A stretch of DNA of 64,000 nt from Octopus bimaculoides (GCF_001194135.2 NC_068985.1:1073490-1137489), one strand, 5' to 3'. Counted from the stretch's first letter, positions 13,816 through 27,934 are shown. Translations and numbers: made by a program. The notes: a model not told the origin generated them from the sequence alone.

Positions 13816-14548
13816 TTGAAAATGGAAAGAACCAAGACCCTGCCAACCCCTACATGGAACCCCAATGTTTTAAATTAAATAAGGATACTAAGAGGTATGA
13901 TAGTATAGTATGTCTTGTGTCTCCTAAAGTAAAGGTATGTCTTTGTTACTTTGGAATATGATAAAGAATTCAAGACATCTTAGTATCGTTATTAAATTTA
14001 AAACATTGCAATTACATGTTTGTCCTCTCACAGAGATTTAAAGAAGATTTTGAATAGAAAAATATGCAAATGTTGTTCAGTGTTGCTATGGATAAGGAAT
14101 TAAATGGAAGACTGGGTGAATGAGGGTATCAATGATGATGATAATGATAATGATGGGGATGATGATTATGATTATAGTCATGGTGGTGTTGGTGTAGATG
14201 ATGATGATGATGATGATGCTGATGTGGGGGAGGATAATGATTTTCACCGTAATGGTATTGATGATGATGATGATGGTGATGGTGATGGTCCCTTCCACAA
14301 TCCTGTCTAATGACCAAACTGACATTTCCAATGTAATATTTAACCGTAATATGACCATTTCCTTATTTTCACCTAACGAATGTCAACCCTGGCATAAAGA
14401 ATGGCTCTACTATGTCCTCCTGCAAAAAGGACACTCACATTATTAGCTAATTTGCATAAAAGCTTCAAATGATATATTATTCAATGCTTTCAAAGAATGC
14501 ACATATAAAAAAAAAATGGAAAGATAAATTAACATATATAAGGTATGC

Positions 14549-14587
<39 letters not shown>

Positions 14588-14590
<3 letters not shown>

Positions 14591-14860
14591 TCATCATCAT
14601 CATCGTTTAACGTCCGTTTTCCATGCTGGCATGGGTTGGACGGTTCAACTGGGTCTGCGAAACCAGGAGGCTGCACCAGGCTCTAGTCTGATCTGGCAGA
14701 GTTTCTACAACTGGATGCCCCTCCTCACACCACCTACTCCAAGAGTGTAGTGGGTGCTTTTTACATGCTACTGGCATAAGGGCCAGAGGGGGCTCGCATC
14801 GACCATGCTTGGATGGTGCATTTACGTGCCACTGGCATGGGAGCCTGTCAAGGCGGTGCT
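14588..14860 (-). mobile_element. SINE family B with (GAT)n tail, abutting (TA)n
   Basis: CATCATCGTTTAACGTCCGTTTTCCATGCTGGCATGGGTTGGACGG is shared with 54397-54690 and 63498-63700. Confidence 0.85.
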
Positions 14861-17800
14861 CACATATATATATATATATATTAATATATACTATAGTTCT
14901 ACTAATATATACTCCAGTTCATGTGGAATGAGCAAGCAACATCACAAATTGGAGAAGAAACAACAGAACACCTTTGCTATGAACAGCAGAATGGGAAAAG
15001 TTTAGCTATTTGAGAAAAATAAAGGATTTGGTTAAAAATTCTGAGAACTTTATCTTATACAAGAGGCATCAGGAGGAGGCCAGAGAGTACAACACAAGAG
15101 ACATTGTAATTGTAACAACCGAGATGAAAACACTAGTTTGAATGTATCAGTGACTATAATAAAGAATGGGAAAAGTTTGGATAAGTTTGTAGGAAGAGAA
15201 GAGGAAATGATTAAGAGTAAACACCTTTTACAAAGCTTGGAAATTGAGTAGAGTGTACCTTGCTGAAGAGGTCTAATTATATTGAAATATGTCTAAAGTT
15301 GTTACTATAGCTGTTAAATATCAGACTCGCATTACCTTGAATATCACCATTTAATTTATAGTTGACTAAAATTGCAGTAGTTCTCTCAGCTTCCCTCTTT
15401 TGATAATAATTTCTGTTACCTCTCATGACTTTATTCCTCATTACAATTATACTTATATAATTTCAATTGATTAGAACTTACATTTGGCTCACCACTTCAC
15501 CTTGCATGGAAACAGGTGAGGGTTGGTGACAGGAAGGGCATCTAGCTGTCGAAAATCTACCTCAATAAACGCTGTCCAACACCTGAAAGCATTAAAAAAA
15601 TTATGTTTATTATGATGATGATGATGAGAAATGTTCATTAGTTCTATAGAAAATGTTTGCATCATGTAAAAATACCCTTGACAAGAAATTCAATGAATCA
15701 CTTAAGTCCCACACAGACTTCATGTGTTTGCATAATAATATCATTGTTAGTATTAAGTTTTATAATTGTCTGAACTATAAGCCATATCTGTTTTATTTCA
15801 GGATATACCTATGTTTCATGACTGGACATTTAGATATTGAATCAACATTTCTGGAAAGTTTGGAGACTGGTCAGCTTTACAGAACCTAAAGTGTTTGACT
15901 ATAAACACCTTACAGCATTTAATTTTGACCTTCTCTATTCTGAGTTTATAGATTGTCTTTCATCTCTCTGAAGTGAAGGAAACAAGTAGCAATATTATAT
16001 GGAAGATTATTTCAGTTGATTGTAGCTCTGAGTTGCTAGAATTTTGCTGAATGTAAACAGATCAATAACTTTGATATTTGGTTCATTATGGTTGGTTTAT
16101 ATAGTTTTACACCGAAAACTATTGAATAAAAGTGGAACACAAGTAAACTGAAAGGGGGGGGGGCACTGGACACCAAGAATTGGTTGGCTTGGAAAGGACT
16201 TGGTATTAATTTATGAATAATCCCACATATCAGGAAAAATGAAATTAAGCAAACTAAAGCTGATTTGAGTGAAACATAGTTCTACTCTTGGTGGAGAATG
16301 GAATGGTTATTTGATGTTTCTCTCAGCCACAAAATTAACCATCTCTGATGTGGTCTGAAATTACAATGTATTCAATAATTCCTGAATACTACTTTGTGGT
16401 GCCCCAGCATGGCCACAGTCAAATCACTGAAACAAGTAAAAAGAAAAGAAAAAAGAAAAAAAAGAAAAGAAAAAGAATGTTGCCTTCATTCCTCTTATTT
16501 TCATTACACAACAAAACTATGTTGTTATTGTATTTGAAAATGGTTCTGGTAAAGTTTTGGACTTCCCATGTAATACATGCTTAGCAACGCCATCCCTGTA
16601 TTCCTGTGAGGACTTTTTTTTATCCACAGTTTGAACTCATGGAGAAGAAATGACTTATTCTTTAGCACAGTATAAAGGCAATGCTAATGGAAAGTGTTAA
16701 CCACCTGAAATGACCAGAAAAAGCATCTAAAAAGCATCTAAGAATTGCAATAGTCAGATTTTATAATGGTAACCTCACAGATGAGAGAAGAAAAGAAAGA
16801 AAGGAATGATTAATTGCAGTGTTGCAGATCTTTCCAACCCATGCTTGCTGAAATGGTGCTGAAAAGGGTAACGATTCTTAGTGTTTGAATATTACTACAA
16901 CATTTCTGTGTTAATCACTTTCAATACTGAATAAACCTGTTTAGCTGTCTACATTAATTATAAAAACATCTTAAAACAGATTTTGTGAAATATTATATAA
17001 GATGTTGTATAGACTTTACATAAAATGTGACAAATTCAATTACAGAAAACATTGACGGAAAAGTGTCATAGAAAATAGTTTGGTTATATAATATACAAAC
17101 TCACCTGAGTAAATTTTAAAATATTTCAATATAATTCATGAATATTGTATGAAGCACATTACTTGAAAGGTAGACACAGTTATTCATATAAGTTCTTTAA
17201 ATTTCCTTTTTTTTTACTGGTTTTAGTCATTTCACAGTAATCATGCTGGAGCTCAGCTTTTAAAAGTTTTACAATGACAACAACACCATTACTTTAAATT
17301 GTACTCGTTTTATCAATGTAGTTCGATGAAATAGCAACACTGACCTCAGCATAAAGCAACATAGTTAGCATGAAGGCAAACACCACAAGGTATTTTTCTT
17401 CTTTTATCTCTTGTCCTTCTTCCTCTGAAAAATAGTAAAATATGGCCATGACCCAGTTTCAATTCTCAGTTATGCACCTCCCTTTTAAGTTGCTTAAAAG
17501 GCGTTTTGAAAAGACATAAATGTCAGAAATTGTAGTTCACTTCCCTAGAAATGTGTTGTGGATTAATTATTCATTTAGTGGGGGGCATTGTTGATCATGA
17601 ATTACTTTGTATTGGCAAGGAAATTACTGAAGAGATCAAATGGGAGAAGAATTATCTATTTTTGAGCAGATATAAAAATGGGATCCATTTGTTTCATGTT
17701 ATTGAGTTGAAATTGAATTCCCAAAATTTCACATATGTCACAAAGGAAAGAGATAGTGGAATATGAAGCTGATATTAAACATTTCAGAGTGGAATTTTGA

Positions 17801-18457
17801 AACAATCAGATATGTGTACATTATATTGATTTCTTCTTGCATGGTGAAGTAAAAGAGATGAAGGGATTTCAATTTGAAGTTGACTATGTTCCAGTGAGTA
17901 AACCAAGAATTTACAGCTGCTACATTATGGCACCATAATAAATAGAAATTCTTTCAAAAACAATTCCAAGTTAATATGAAAATTCAAAATATGGTTATGC
18001 AATGTCCAAGCAATTCATGGCGAGTTTCATGATAAAAATATAGTGAAAAAGACACAATCGCTGTAATAATGCTTTCTTTTACACACAGTAAGAAACTTGA
18101 ATATTTTCAGAAAATATAGTCACAGGATATTGACTTTATTTACCTTTTTAAAGAGTATTTTTATTTGATTATTGAACTGCGAACAGTTTTTCAGTTCTCA
18201 TTAGGAAATGGGAACCAACAAGATGACATAGTCTGGCTTTACCTTTTGTTTTAAAATTCTTACGAAAACGATCATCCTAATAACAATAGAAGTTTGCTTT
18301 AGTTTAGAATTAATGTCATTATAAAAAGAAATGACTGTAAAAAATTGGAATGGGAAACAATAGAACTGATATACTGTCACACAGTAAAACTTCCAAGATT
18401 TGATTGTGAGATTTAAAACAAATTTTATAACTAAAAAAAAAGTTTAAGTTATAAATA

Positions 18458-19450
18458 CAAACAGATGTGATCACTCTCTTATTAACACAAACAGATTTGA
18501 TCACTCTTTTATTAACATAAACAGATGTGATCACTCTCTTATTAACACAAACAGATGTGATCGCTCTTTTATTAACACAAACAGATGTGATCACTCTCTT
18601 ATTAACACAAACAGATTTGATCACTCTCTTATTAACACAAACAGATGTGATCACTCTTTTATTAACATAAACTGAAATGATAACTCTCTTATTAACACAA
18701 ACAGATGTGATCACTCTTTTATTAACATAAACTGAAATGATCACTCTCTTATTAACACAAACAGATGTGATCACTCTTTTATTAACATAAACTGAAATGA
18801 TCACTCTCTTATTAACACAAACAGATGTGATTACTCTTTTATTAACATAAACTGAAATGATCACTCTCTTATTAACACAAACAGATGTGATTACTCTTTT
18901 ATTAACATAAACTGAAATGATCACTCTTTTATTAACACAAACAGATGTGATCACTCTTTTATTAACATAAACTGAAATGATCGCTCTTTTATTAACACAA
19001 ACAGATTNNNNNNNNNNNNNNNNNNNNNNNNNNNNNNNCACAAACAGATGTGATCACTCTCTTATTAACACAAACAGATTTGATCACTCTCTTATTAACA
19101 CAAACAGATGTGATCACTCTTTTATTAACATAAACTGAAATGATAACTCTCTTATTAACACAAACAGATGTGATCACTCTTTTATTAACATAAACTGAAA
19201 TGATCACTCTCTTATTAACACAAACAGATGTGATCACTCTTTTATTAACATAAACTGAAATGATCACTCTCTTATTAACACAAACAGATGTGATTACTCT
19301 TTTATTAACATAAACTGAAATGATCACTCTTTTATTAACACAAACAGATGTGATCACTCTTTTATTAACATAAACTGAAATGATCGCTCTTTTATTAACA
19401 CAAACAGATTTGATTACTCTTTTATTAACACAAACAAATGCGATCACTCA
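18458..19450. repeat. 30 bp minisatellite with 60 bp higher-order dimer, about 33 monomers, containing a 31 N gap
   Basis: Unit ACAGATGTGATCACTCTYTTATTAACAYAA alternates with ACTGAAATGATCACTCTCTTATTAACACAA. Successive 60-nt lines align in register. Confidence 0.97.
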
Positions 19451-19609
19451 TTTTGTTAAAATAAAAAGTAAAAAGTCTTTTTGTAAGCTTTTGAATAAAA
19501 ACAACAATCAATAGAAGTAACATGAAATGTGAATGGTACAAACATTTCTTTAGCGCGATATAAGATAAAAAGTGCAAGACTTGTAATTTTGGTAATTTCC
19601 TCTATAGAT

Positions 19610-20490
19610 ATCTTGAATCTTCATGAAGGCACTGTCTGTTAGTCCTATCCTGGTACTGATTTTCATGAAATCTGCCTTTTTTTCATCAGTGATCCTCAGC
19701 TTCTCATCTTGTCTGTTTAAATCCTTGTCTATTTCCCATCTCCAATGAGAATTCTCATCAATAATGTCTTCCCACTTTTTCTCATTCGTATAAAAAAGAT
19801 TTCAAGTCACTCTTTCAAACATCTTTGAAATGAAGATTGGCATCGTTCTTGCATCCTTTTTGCTAAAGGGCAGTTCACCATTTTGCAGGGATCCTCATAT
19901 CTGACATGCAATATACATGACCCACCAGCATAGTTGTTTTGCAATAGGTCAAAGGGGTTGAGTGTTTGCATGCCAGCTACGACCTCATTCTAGGTGATCT
20001 GATCCTCTTGATGCCCAGAATTTGTCCCAGGCTGCGTTGGTGGAAGGTATTGAGATGCTACTCCTGGGTGGAGTTGTTACTCCAGCTCTCACTACAATAA
20101 AGCAGTGTACCAAGGATGCAAGCTCTGTAGACAGCATCCTTGCTGTGTGCCATTAGTTGACTCTTCTCACTGGCACTTGTTGTCAATCCAGCTAGTTGAG
20201 CCAGCTTTTCTAATACATTTATCTCAGATTCCACAGAATGGTTATCCATGATGGTGGCCCCATGGTAATGTAATCTCTTGGACTGCTCTAACTCAGTCAT
20301 TAATGTCGACAATGAGGAAGTATTCAAGACATTGGTACAGCATTTTTGTCTTCTTCAGACTGATGGTCAAGTTGAAGTTTTGACAGATTCTTGTGAGGCT
20401 GTTCTTGAGGTGCTGCCCATGTTGCAGCATCTGCAAATAGCATGCCTTTGATGAGTGTTTTGTGTACTTCAGATTTTTCCCTCATGTGCA
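19610..20490 (-). mobile_element. RTE-clade LINE, C-terminal RT region, decayed
   Basis: ORF 20058..20327 has GATIMDN.SVESEIN and AVYRACILGTLLYCSESW...QE, followed by a CLRRILGIRW.DR-like segment. These are RTE thumb motifs. Confidence 0.8.
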
Positions 20491-21464
20491 AACTTACAAG
20501 ACACAGCCAAATAAGTTAACTCTTAGTATTAACAGAGATTTCTCACTGATACTACTTTGGTAAATCGGTTCCATTGTGGGACAAATTATTCTGCTATTTC
20601 ACAGGATCTTTTTGTCTAACTCTCATCGTGTCAGATAGAATTTTTTCCCATTCTTTTAAAATATACCCCTGTAGTAATTCCTCAGAATTAAATTTCAGAT
20701 GGAATCCAAAATCAATGAAATATGTTTTTTATGACTGTATTATGCAAATTGAACCTTTATTAGCTTATGGAATGAACACAAATTTCTATTATATTTTGCT
20801 TTGAAATCATAGATTTAGTTTTTCTTAGCTTCTAGGACTCTTCCTTAGTCACTATTAACAATATTAAAAATCTTTAAAAGAGCTCTATATATATTTCCTA
20901 AGGGCTGCAGTCTTTTAAAATTTTGAAATTTCATTGTACTTCATCTGTATTTTAACAGTTCCAGAAGATTTGGAATTGACATCAATCATGGTGAGATATG
21001 AACTTAGAGAGTAGAGAAATATGTAACTAAACTGCAGAAGGCATTTCCGTCACATCCACCTTTATAATAGCCAAAACCTAATGTAGACAACAGTAAACAT
21101 AAGAAAGTAAGAATCTAAAAAGAAAATATTTCTCTTTTGAGGTATATTTAAATCTTTTAAAATAAGGAACTAACTCTATCAAGATTCCTTAAAAGACACT
21201 CCTATCTGGAAATGAAAGGACATTTTCTATAAAGAGTTGCAAGATACTCTTTAAATCAGATAAATGCAAATGTTTGGGGTTTTGTTATGATTTTAAATAT
21301 CTAGTTTCTTCCCCTTTCTACTTTCCAAGCAAGCTTTTACCTATTTTCTTTAATGCTATCAACAATCTGAAAATTTTGCTATTTGCCTCACTGAGGATAT
21401 CACTTATTTCCTAAGATTCCAGAATTATAGATCAATAACTTATTTATTCACAGAATAGAAAAAT

Positions 21465-21700
21465 GCTAACATCCATCATAGCTAACCAAACATAATCAAT
21501 TCTTATCATCCATCTAAACAAAATGTATGTGAAAGAGGATCATATTGATACAATGATGCAATCTTTATTCACAAAAATCTCTTTAAGATATTGTAAATTC
21601 AAACCCTGTGATCTCGGAATTGGTTGGATTGACGATAAAGAAATAATCAACATGTCTCTCACAAATCGACAGTAAAATTCTTTGACACATACTCACAAAC
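21465..21700 (+). mobile_element. R4/Dong-like non-LTR RT relic
   Basis: Degenerate KMLTSII and CERGSY..D....I...L....LGIGWIDDK resemble QKGC.RGSYGCKDQLLI...WIDYKKA. Confidence 0.5.
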
Positions 21701-22334
21701 CACTCGCTGATTTAATAACATAAACCGGTATGAAAGGATTGCTCTGTAGATAGTTATATTACAATAATGGATGCAAGGTAATATCTCAACTGCTACTGGA
21801 TCACTCGAAATTTCATTTACATTCATGAGTAGAATGAGTCAAGTAAGTCAGACTAGTGGAAGCTTACCTTCTGGCTATTAATTGTGGCTGACTTCAAAGG
21901 TCTGAAGATTTGGACTTTTAAAGGAGAGAACATGATCAGATTTTTCTGGGGCTCATTTAACAGCATACATGTAAGGGGACGACTCCAATAGAAAAACATT
22001 GTAAGCTGGGAGCCTGCTTTCTCACGGTAGGTCTTCTTAGTGACTGTAAAGCTTTTTATTTGCAGTTGATTTGCGCTAATAAAGAATCACTTTATTCAGA
22101 AATATAATCCTTGTGTTAATGACCACTGATTATTTCAGTAAGTTGTTCAAGATTGTAATAATAGTCTAACAGAGGCCATTTAAGATGGAAGTTTATATAC
22201 AAAGGATCACATGAATCCTGTGTAACAACCACACTTAATAACAGAGTATAAAACCCATTAATGATTTTTTTACTGTTAAACAGTTTTGTAGTTTATGACG
22301 CAGCACCAACTTTATTGCCATATTTGGCCCTTTA

Positions 22335-22535
22335 TGGTGGCGAGCTGGCAGAGCTGTTAGCATACTGGGCAAAATGCATTTTCTACATCTTTATGTTCTG
22401 AGCTAAAGTTCTATGCAGGTTGAATGTCCCTTTCATTGTTTTGGGCTCAATAAAATAAGTACCAATTAAACACTGGGGTTGATGTAATCAACTTACACAC
22501 ACCCCAAAATTTCTGGCCTTGTGCAAAACCAAATC
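22335..22535 (+). mobile_element. SINE family C
   Basis: GGCGAGCTGGCAGA..GTTAGCA head and AAAATAAGTACCA...GGGGTTGATGTAATC...CCCCAAAATT body are shared with 37395-37600, 48345-48490 and 55445-55575. Confidence 0.7.
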
Positions 22536-22653
22536 TAAAACTAATATTTGGCCCTTTACATTTTGAGTTCAATCCTGATAATTTTAACGTTTATCGTCTT
22601 AGGATCAATAAAATAGAAAACCACCCAAGCACTGGTCTCCATTTAATTGTCAA

Positions 22654-22752
22654 CATATTCCCATTAAATTTAATTGTTTATATATTCCCATTAAATTTAA
22701 TTGGCTACATATTCCCATTAAATTTAATTGTCTACATGTTCCATTAAATTTG
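22654..22752. repeat. 27 bp tandem repeat, about 3.7 copies
   Basis: Unit YATATTCCCATTAAATTTAATTGKYTA seen directly. Confidence 0.9.
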
Positions 22753-23002
22753 TAACCATGTATTAATGTTAGAAATCAGTATAGATACTCATTTCCATTC
22801 CCCCATATATGACATATATCCACCTTTGTTACTACAATTATCGTCGGAAAATACTCACAAGGATTATTTACATGGATGTTTACCACTGGAATGAAGCTAC
22901 ACTCCAAGTACTGTTTCTTCTTTCTTTTTTCAGCGCATCACTCTCACTTCCTACTACAACTCTCCTCTTACAGATGTAATAATCCATTCCTCTACTATTT
23001 CT

Positions 23003-23051
23003 GTCTCTGATGAAGGGATACATTGGATTTTCCCTGAAACAGCTGTAAGAC
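23003..23051 (+). ncRNA. Minimal type I hammerhead ribozyme, intact core
   Basis: Stem I GTCT/AGAC; core CTGATGA (23007-23013); stem II AGGGA/TCCCT; GAAA (23036-23039); stem III AC-AGCT-GT with palindromic loop; cleavage triplet GTA (23045-23047). Confidence 0.8.
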
Positions 23052-23106
23052 TTTATCCATAAAATATATTTCTAACTTTGCCATTGGCCTCTTTATCCTT
23101 TTCTCT

Positions 23107-23146
<40 letters not shown>

Positions 23147-23147
23147 G

Positions 23148-23199
<52 letters not shown>

Positions 23200-23221
23200 G
23201 GCAGACAAAGACAGACAGAGA

Positions 23222-23382
23222 TACAACAGGCTTCTTTCAATTTCTGTCAACCAAATCCATTCGCGAGACTTTGGTCAGCCTGAGGTTATAGCAGAAGACA
23301 CTTGCCCAAGGTACTAATCAGTGGGACTGAACCAGGACCATGTGATTAGGAAGCAAACTTCTTATTACACAGCCATGCCTGC
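23222..23382 (-). mobile_element. SINE family A, 5' half, ending in (GACA)n/(GA)n/(TA)n
   Basis: Reverse complement of the family A head and core. Confidence 0.8.
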
Positions 23383-25118
23383 ATCTATACATAAGTATTA
23401 TGAATTATACATGACTGTAAATGGAATCATAGAAACATAACAAAAATTTCTGACTGTGTACACATTGCCAAATTGAAGAGTATCATAGCCAAACATTATG
23501 AAGAATTCTCTTCATGCAAAACAGTTATACCTCAGTATCATAGACTTGAAGATTAAAATAAGTCTAAAAATATCTTTAAGCAATCAATAAAAGTCACTTA
23601 AAACTTGAGAAACACTTTGGAATCAATGTCAATCATGTGATTGTTACAGAACAAAAGTTATATGCAATGTGAAGATCTGCTTCAGTTTCAATTCCTGGTT
23701 GAGGTTCTCTTTAGTTACAAGTGTAATAATATTTGGCATGAATTTCAAATCTGTCATTACTATTTCCCCCAACAATCATAAAGCTTGTAACTTTAGCCGA
23801 AAAGATATTAGAGAGATACTAGTGTCAATCATTGAAAGCTATATCCAGCAATAAATAGGATTTGCTTTTGATATCAGTTATATTTCAGTAATATAAGTTA
23901 TTATCCATCATACTTGACTAATACATTCTGTCCCAATCTGCTGAATTATCCATATTTAATAATTTACATAAATTTTTTTGTTTCATAATACTATTTTTAT
24001 CACATTAAAATATAATTTGTACTTGTCAGATGTCTTAACTAGGCTTCAAGTTATTTTAGTTCAGCAGATTGAAAAGTAGCAAAAACGAATTGTCCAGCTG
24101 GACTAAATGACTTGCAGTATTCTCTTTGACTAGTTCTACATGAGATATTAACAATAGATTTGACTGAGGCCAACTTTGCTTCCACCCTTCCAATGTCAGT
24201 AAAATACTGTTGTAGATATAATCGACTGTTCTTACCAACCGAAATTTGAAGTTTTTGTGCCAAACAAATAATTCTTATAACTTTGAATAATTAACGTCAC
24301 CTTTAAGGTGTTTATTTATGATATTTATATCTAAATTAATTTGTTCATTCTCTGATTACCATCCAGTACCTTGTTTCTAGACATAAGCATTGTTAAGCTA
24401 ATTTAATGATTCCTTATTAGTAAACTAAAGTACTGGTATATCTATTATCCAAATCCAGACTGATTAACACACCAGTAACTTAGTTTGAAGTCTAACAATA
24501 AGACATCTACAGTCAGATTTTTATTGTTTGAATTTCATTCTGGAGGAATGACTGGTCTATATTCCCAGACATCCCATAACAAATGAAGGAGAGGTGTATT
24601 TGATATTCAGTTTGAACAGCTGCAGGTAAATGTCTGAGGAAAATGTTGAGAAGTGAGGGAGAGAATTCCAAATGGTTCATATTCTGGTGTGGAAGGACTA
24701 AGCATAAAGGAAAATGCATAGATTGTAAAAAGAAACAGAAAAATGGTCAGAGGAAGGAAGAGAAATGAAATGGCTTAAATGACAGTGGCAAGGTATTAAT
24801 GGTTGGTGTAAGAGGTAGATTGAGAAAGACAGGTAAGGAGAGCATCAGTGAGTCTTTGTCTTGCATTTACCTGTTCAGTTTCTTTTAATGTGGTTTAAAG
24901 TGTCTAGAGTGAAGCATTCCTTCAGGTGACAGGGAAGAATGAAATAAAGCATCAGGTGAAAAACACTAAGAAGCAAAGGTCTGAATCATTAACATCATCT
25001 AAATAAATACACTCCTCCTCTAATTGTTAAATGAGAATTGTATTCATATTTGTATAAACAAGTGTTTCTGTGTAGAATCACATACACATGTGTATATGTA
25101 TATGCTTGCATGTAGGTA

Positions 25119-25169
<51 letters not shown>

Positions 25170-25355
25170 ATGCTTTATACACATCAGCATAAGTCAGAAG
25201 TGCTGAAATAGATTTATATATTACCAAGCCTTATTGTGAGTTAAATAAGAATGTAAACACATTCTGTCTTTGCACATCAACAGTGTAGAAAGAAAGTAGT
25301 TATATTTTTATTTAAACTGCAGCAAGGCTTTATAATGTTTATGCATATCCATACA

Positions 25356-25412
<57 letters not shown>

Positions 25413-25480
25413 TTAACTATGCTTTATACATACATATGTATGTATTCATATATATATATAAGCATGCATGCCTGTGATCG

Positions 25481-25530
<50 letters not shown>

Positions 25531-26962
25531 TAACATTTTTGGCGTATTCTTCGAGGTTATCACAATAATTTATCTGGTATTTGAGGAGGATTTTCTTAAT
25601 GCTAACATGTCTTAGTATTTTCGTGTTTAGTTTCATTAAATAGTTTTCTTCCCTTGATATTTATCCATTCTCCTCTGGCCTTTCACTCTGTTGATCTCAC
25701 AGCAAGCTTAATGTCACTACAATGGTATGGCGGATGGTATGGATAGAGAGAAGGAGAGAGAGACAGAGAGACAGAGAGACAGAGCTGTTGTAAGAGGCCA
25801 AGCTGACAAAGTAGTCAGACAACCCACTGAAAGGTTACACATTACAAATCTGCTTCTCGGGAAGACTGGTTTTAGAAGTTTCGCTACATGGTCACTCAAC
25901 CTACTAGAAATAGCAGATAAATCTCCCACAGATCGCAGTCTACTATCTTAAAAGAGGAAAGACACATTAGCTAAGTTAGTTAGAATTAAGCTAGAATATT
26001 TCCTGACCAAAAGTCAGGTTCATCATTGGTGGAATGTCAGCTCTGATAGAATTAACCAGGAGCTAAATAGTAACCATATGGTTGTTTTTGTTATTTAGTT
26101 TCATCACAAAAATAACCAAAACATAGGTTCATGGTTTCAATTACTCACCATTGTTGCTCACAAAGTATTCTCATGTTAACATTAATTCTTGAACTAAACT
26201 GATCTATTATCAAAATTATTGCAATTGTGAGCATCACATCTTTATTTCTTGGCGGAGTGGGTCTTAGGTCCTTCTTTTCCAGTAATTCCTCAAGTTTTAA
26301 AGATGATGGTGACCAATATGTGATAGATTTACCTGCTATTTCTAATAAGTTGAGGGACCACATAGAGACTCCCTTGCTGAATTTCTTTCAATTTTAAGGT
26401 AAGTCATTTATCGCAATAATTCTTCATGAGTGACATGACTATCAATCTTTTATATCTAGAGCAGTGGTTTCCAATTGTGGCTCCCAGAGGCCACATACAG
26501 CTTGTGTGTGTATGTATGTGTGTGTATGTATATATGTGTGTATGTATGTATGTATGTATGTGTGTGTATGTGTGTGTGTGTGTATGTGTGTATGTGTGTA
26601 TGTATGTATGTATGTAAGGATGCTTGAAGGCTCTCAAGCATCCTTACAGTACATCCCCCCGCCATTGTCTTCCAACAATAAATGTCTCTTTAATTCACTG
26701 GTGTGTTTACTCCTTTTGGAGTTGACCCCTAAAAAATCCAGGTTTGGGATCAAGTCCAGATATTAAAAAGATTCAGAACCACTGACCAAGATGTCTAGAT
26801 TTATAAGAGACCAGTTTGTTTATGGGTGAGGTCTGGAATTTGCCATTTCAAAATTCCTCGAGTTGACCTTTCCTTACATTTCACTATTCTTTGTTTTTTT
26901 GATTCTTTCCTCCAAGAATTCTCTTTCATTACAAATTATCAACTTTATATCTTTTATCCTTT

Positions 26963-27785
26963 ACTTGTTTCTGTCATTAGACTGCAGCCATGCTGGAGCA
27001 CCATTCCAAAGAATTTCAGTTAAACAAATGGACCCCCAGGATTTATTATTTTTTGAGCATGGTACTTATTTTATCAGTCTCTTTCGCTGAACTGTTAAGT
27101 TACTGTGATGTAAATACACCAACACTGGGTTGTCAAGCTGCAGAAGTGGGGAGAAACAGAAACACAAAGACACATACATACACGCATACATACATACATA
27201 CATACACACATACATACATACATACATACATGCATACATGCATACATACATACATTCATACATGCACACATACACACACATACACACACATACATACACC
27301 CACATACATACATGCACACATATACACACATCCATACATACACACACACAAACACATACATACATACTTGCATACATACATACATAATTGGAGCCCTAGG
27401 TTTTGTTAATAAATGCTTAAAGGAGAATCCAGATAAACTGGGATTTTCAGAATGAGAAACCAACCAGCTAATTCGTACATTACAAGTGCAATCTGTGAGT
27501 GGAACAGTAAAAATGCGCAAGACTTTTCTCAAGTTTCAAATATGAATTTGTCTGTGATACAAAGATGCAAGGCTCCCTCCTCAGTGGAAGATTTATAATA
27601 ATTAAAAAAATAGGTGAGACACATACATTCATACATACATGCACATAGCTTCCATCTACCAAATCCACTCATAGGTTTTTGGTTGGCCTGAGGCTATACA
27701 GGAAGACTCTGACCTAAGATGTCGTGCAGTGGAACTGAACCTGGAACCATGTGGTTGGGAAGCAAACTTCTTATCACACAGCCAT
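26963..27785 (-). mobile_element. SINE family A with expanded internal (CATA)n tract interrupted by a LINE 3' end
   Basis: 3' half at 26963-27170, 5' half at 27645-27785, with microsatellite and insert between. Confidence 0.75.
27385..27612 (+). mobile_element. 5'-truncated 3' end of an RLE-type (R4/Dong-like) non-LTR retrotransposon inserted in (CATA)n
   Basis: Translates IIGALGFVNKCLKENPDKLGFSE*ETNQLIRTLQVQSVSGTVKMRKTFLKFQI*. This resembles the (V/I)IGALG...LQK..L.GT..I.RK.L C-terminus of R4-clade ORFs. A short A-rich 3' end follows and CATA repeats flank both sides. Confidence 0.65.
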
Positions 27786-27934
27786 CTTCCGTTTTTCTGA
27801 TAACATCTTCAAAGTCTAGAGTTAAGATTAGGGCATCACTTTAAATGCTTTGTGTTGTATAAGTTTGTCACTCCATGATGGTTCTTGTTCCTCTTGCTTC
27901 TGATTATTCTTGGCTGTATTTGTTTTGACACCAG

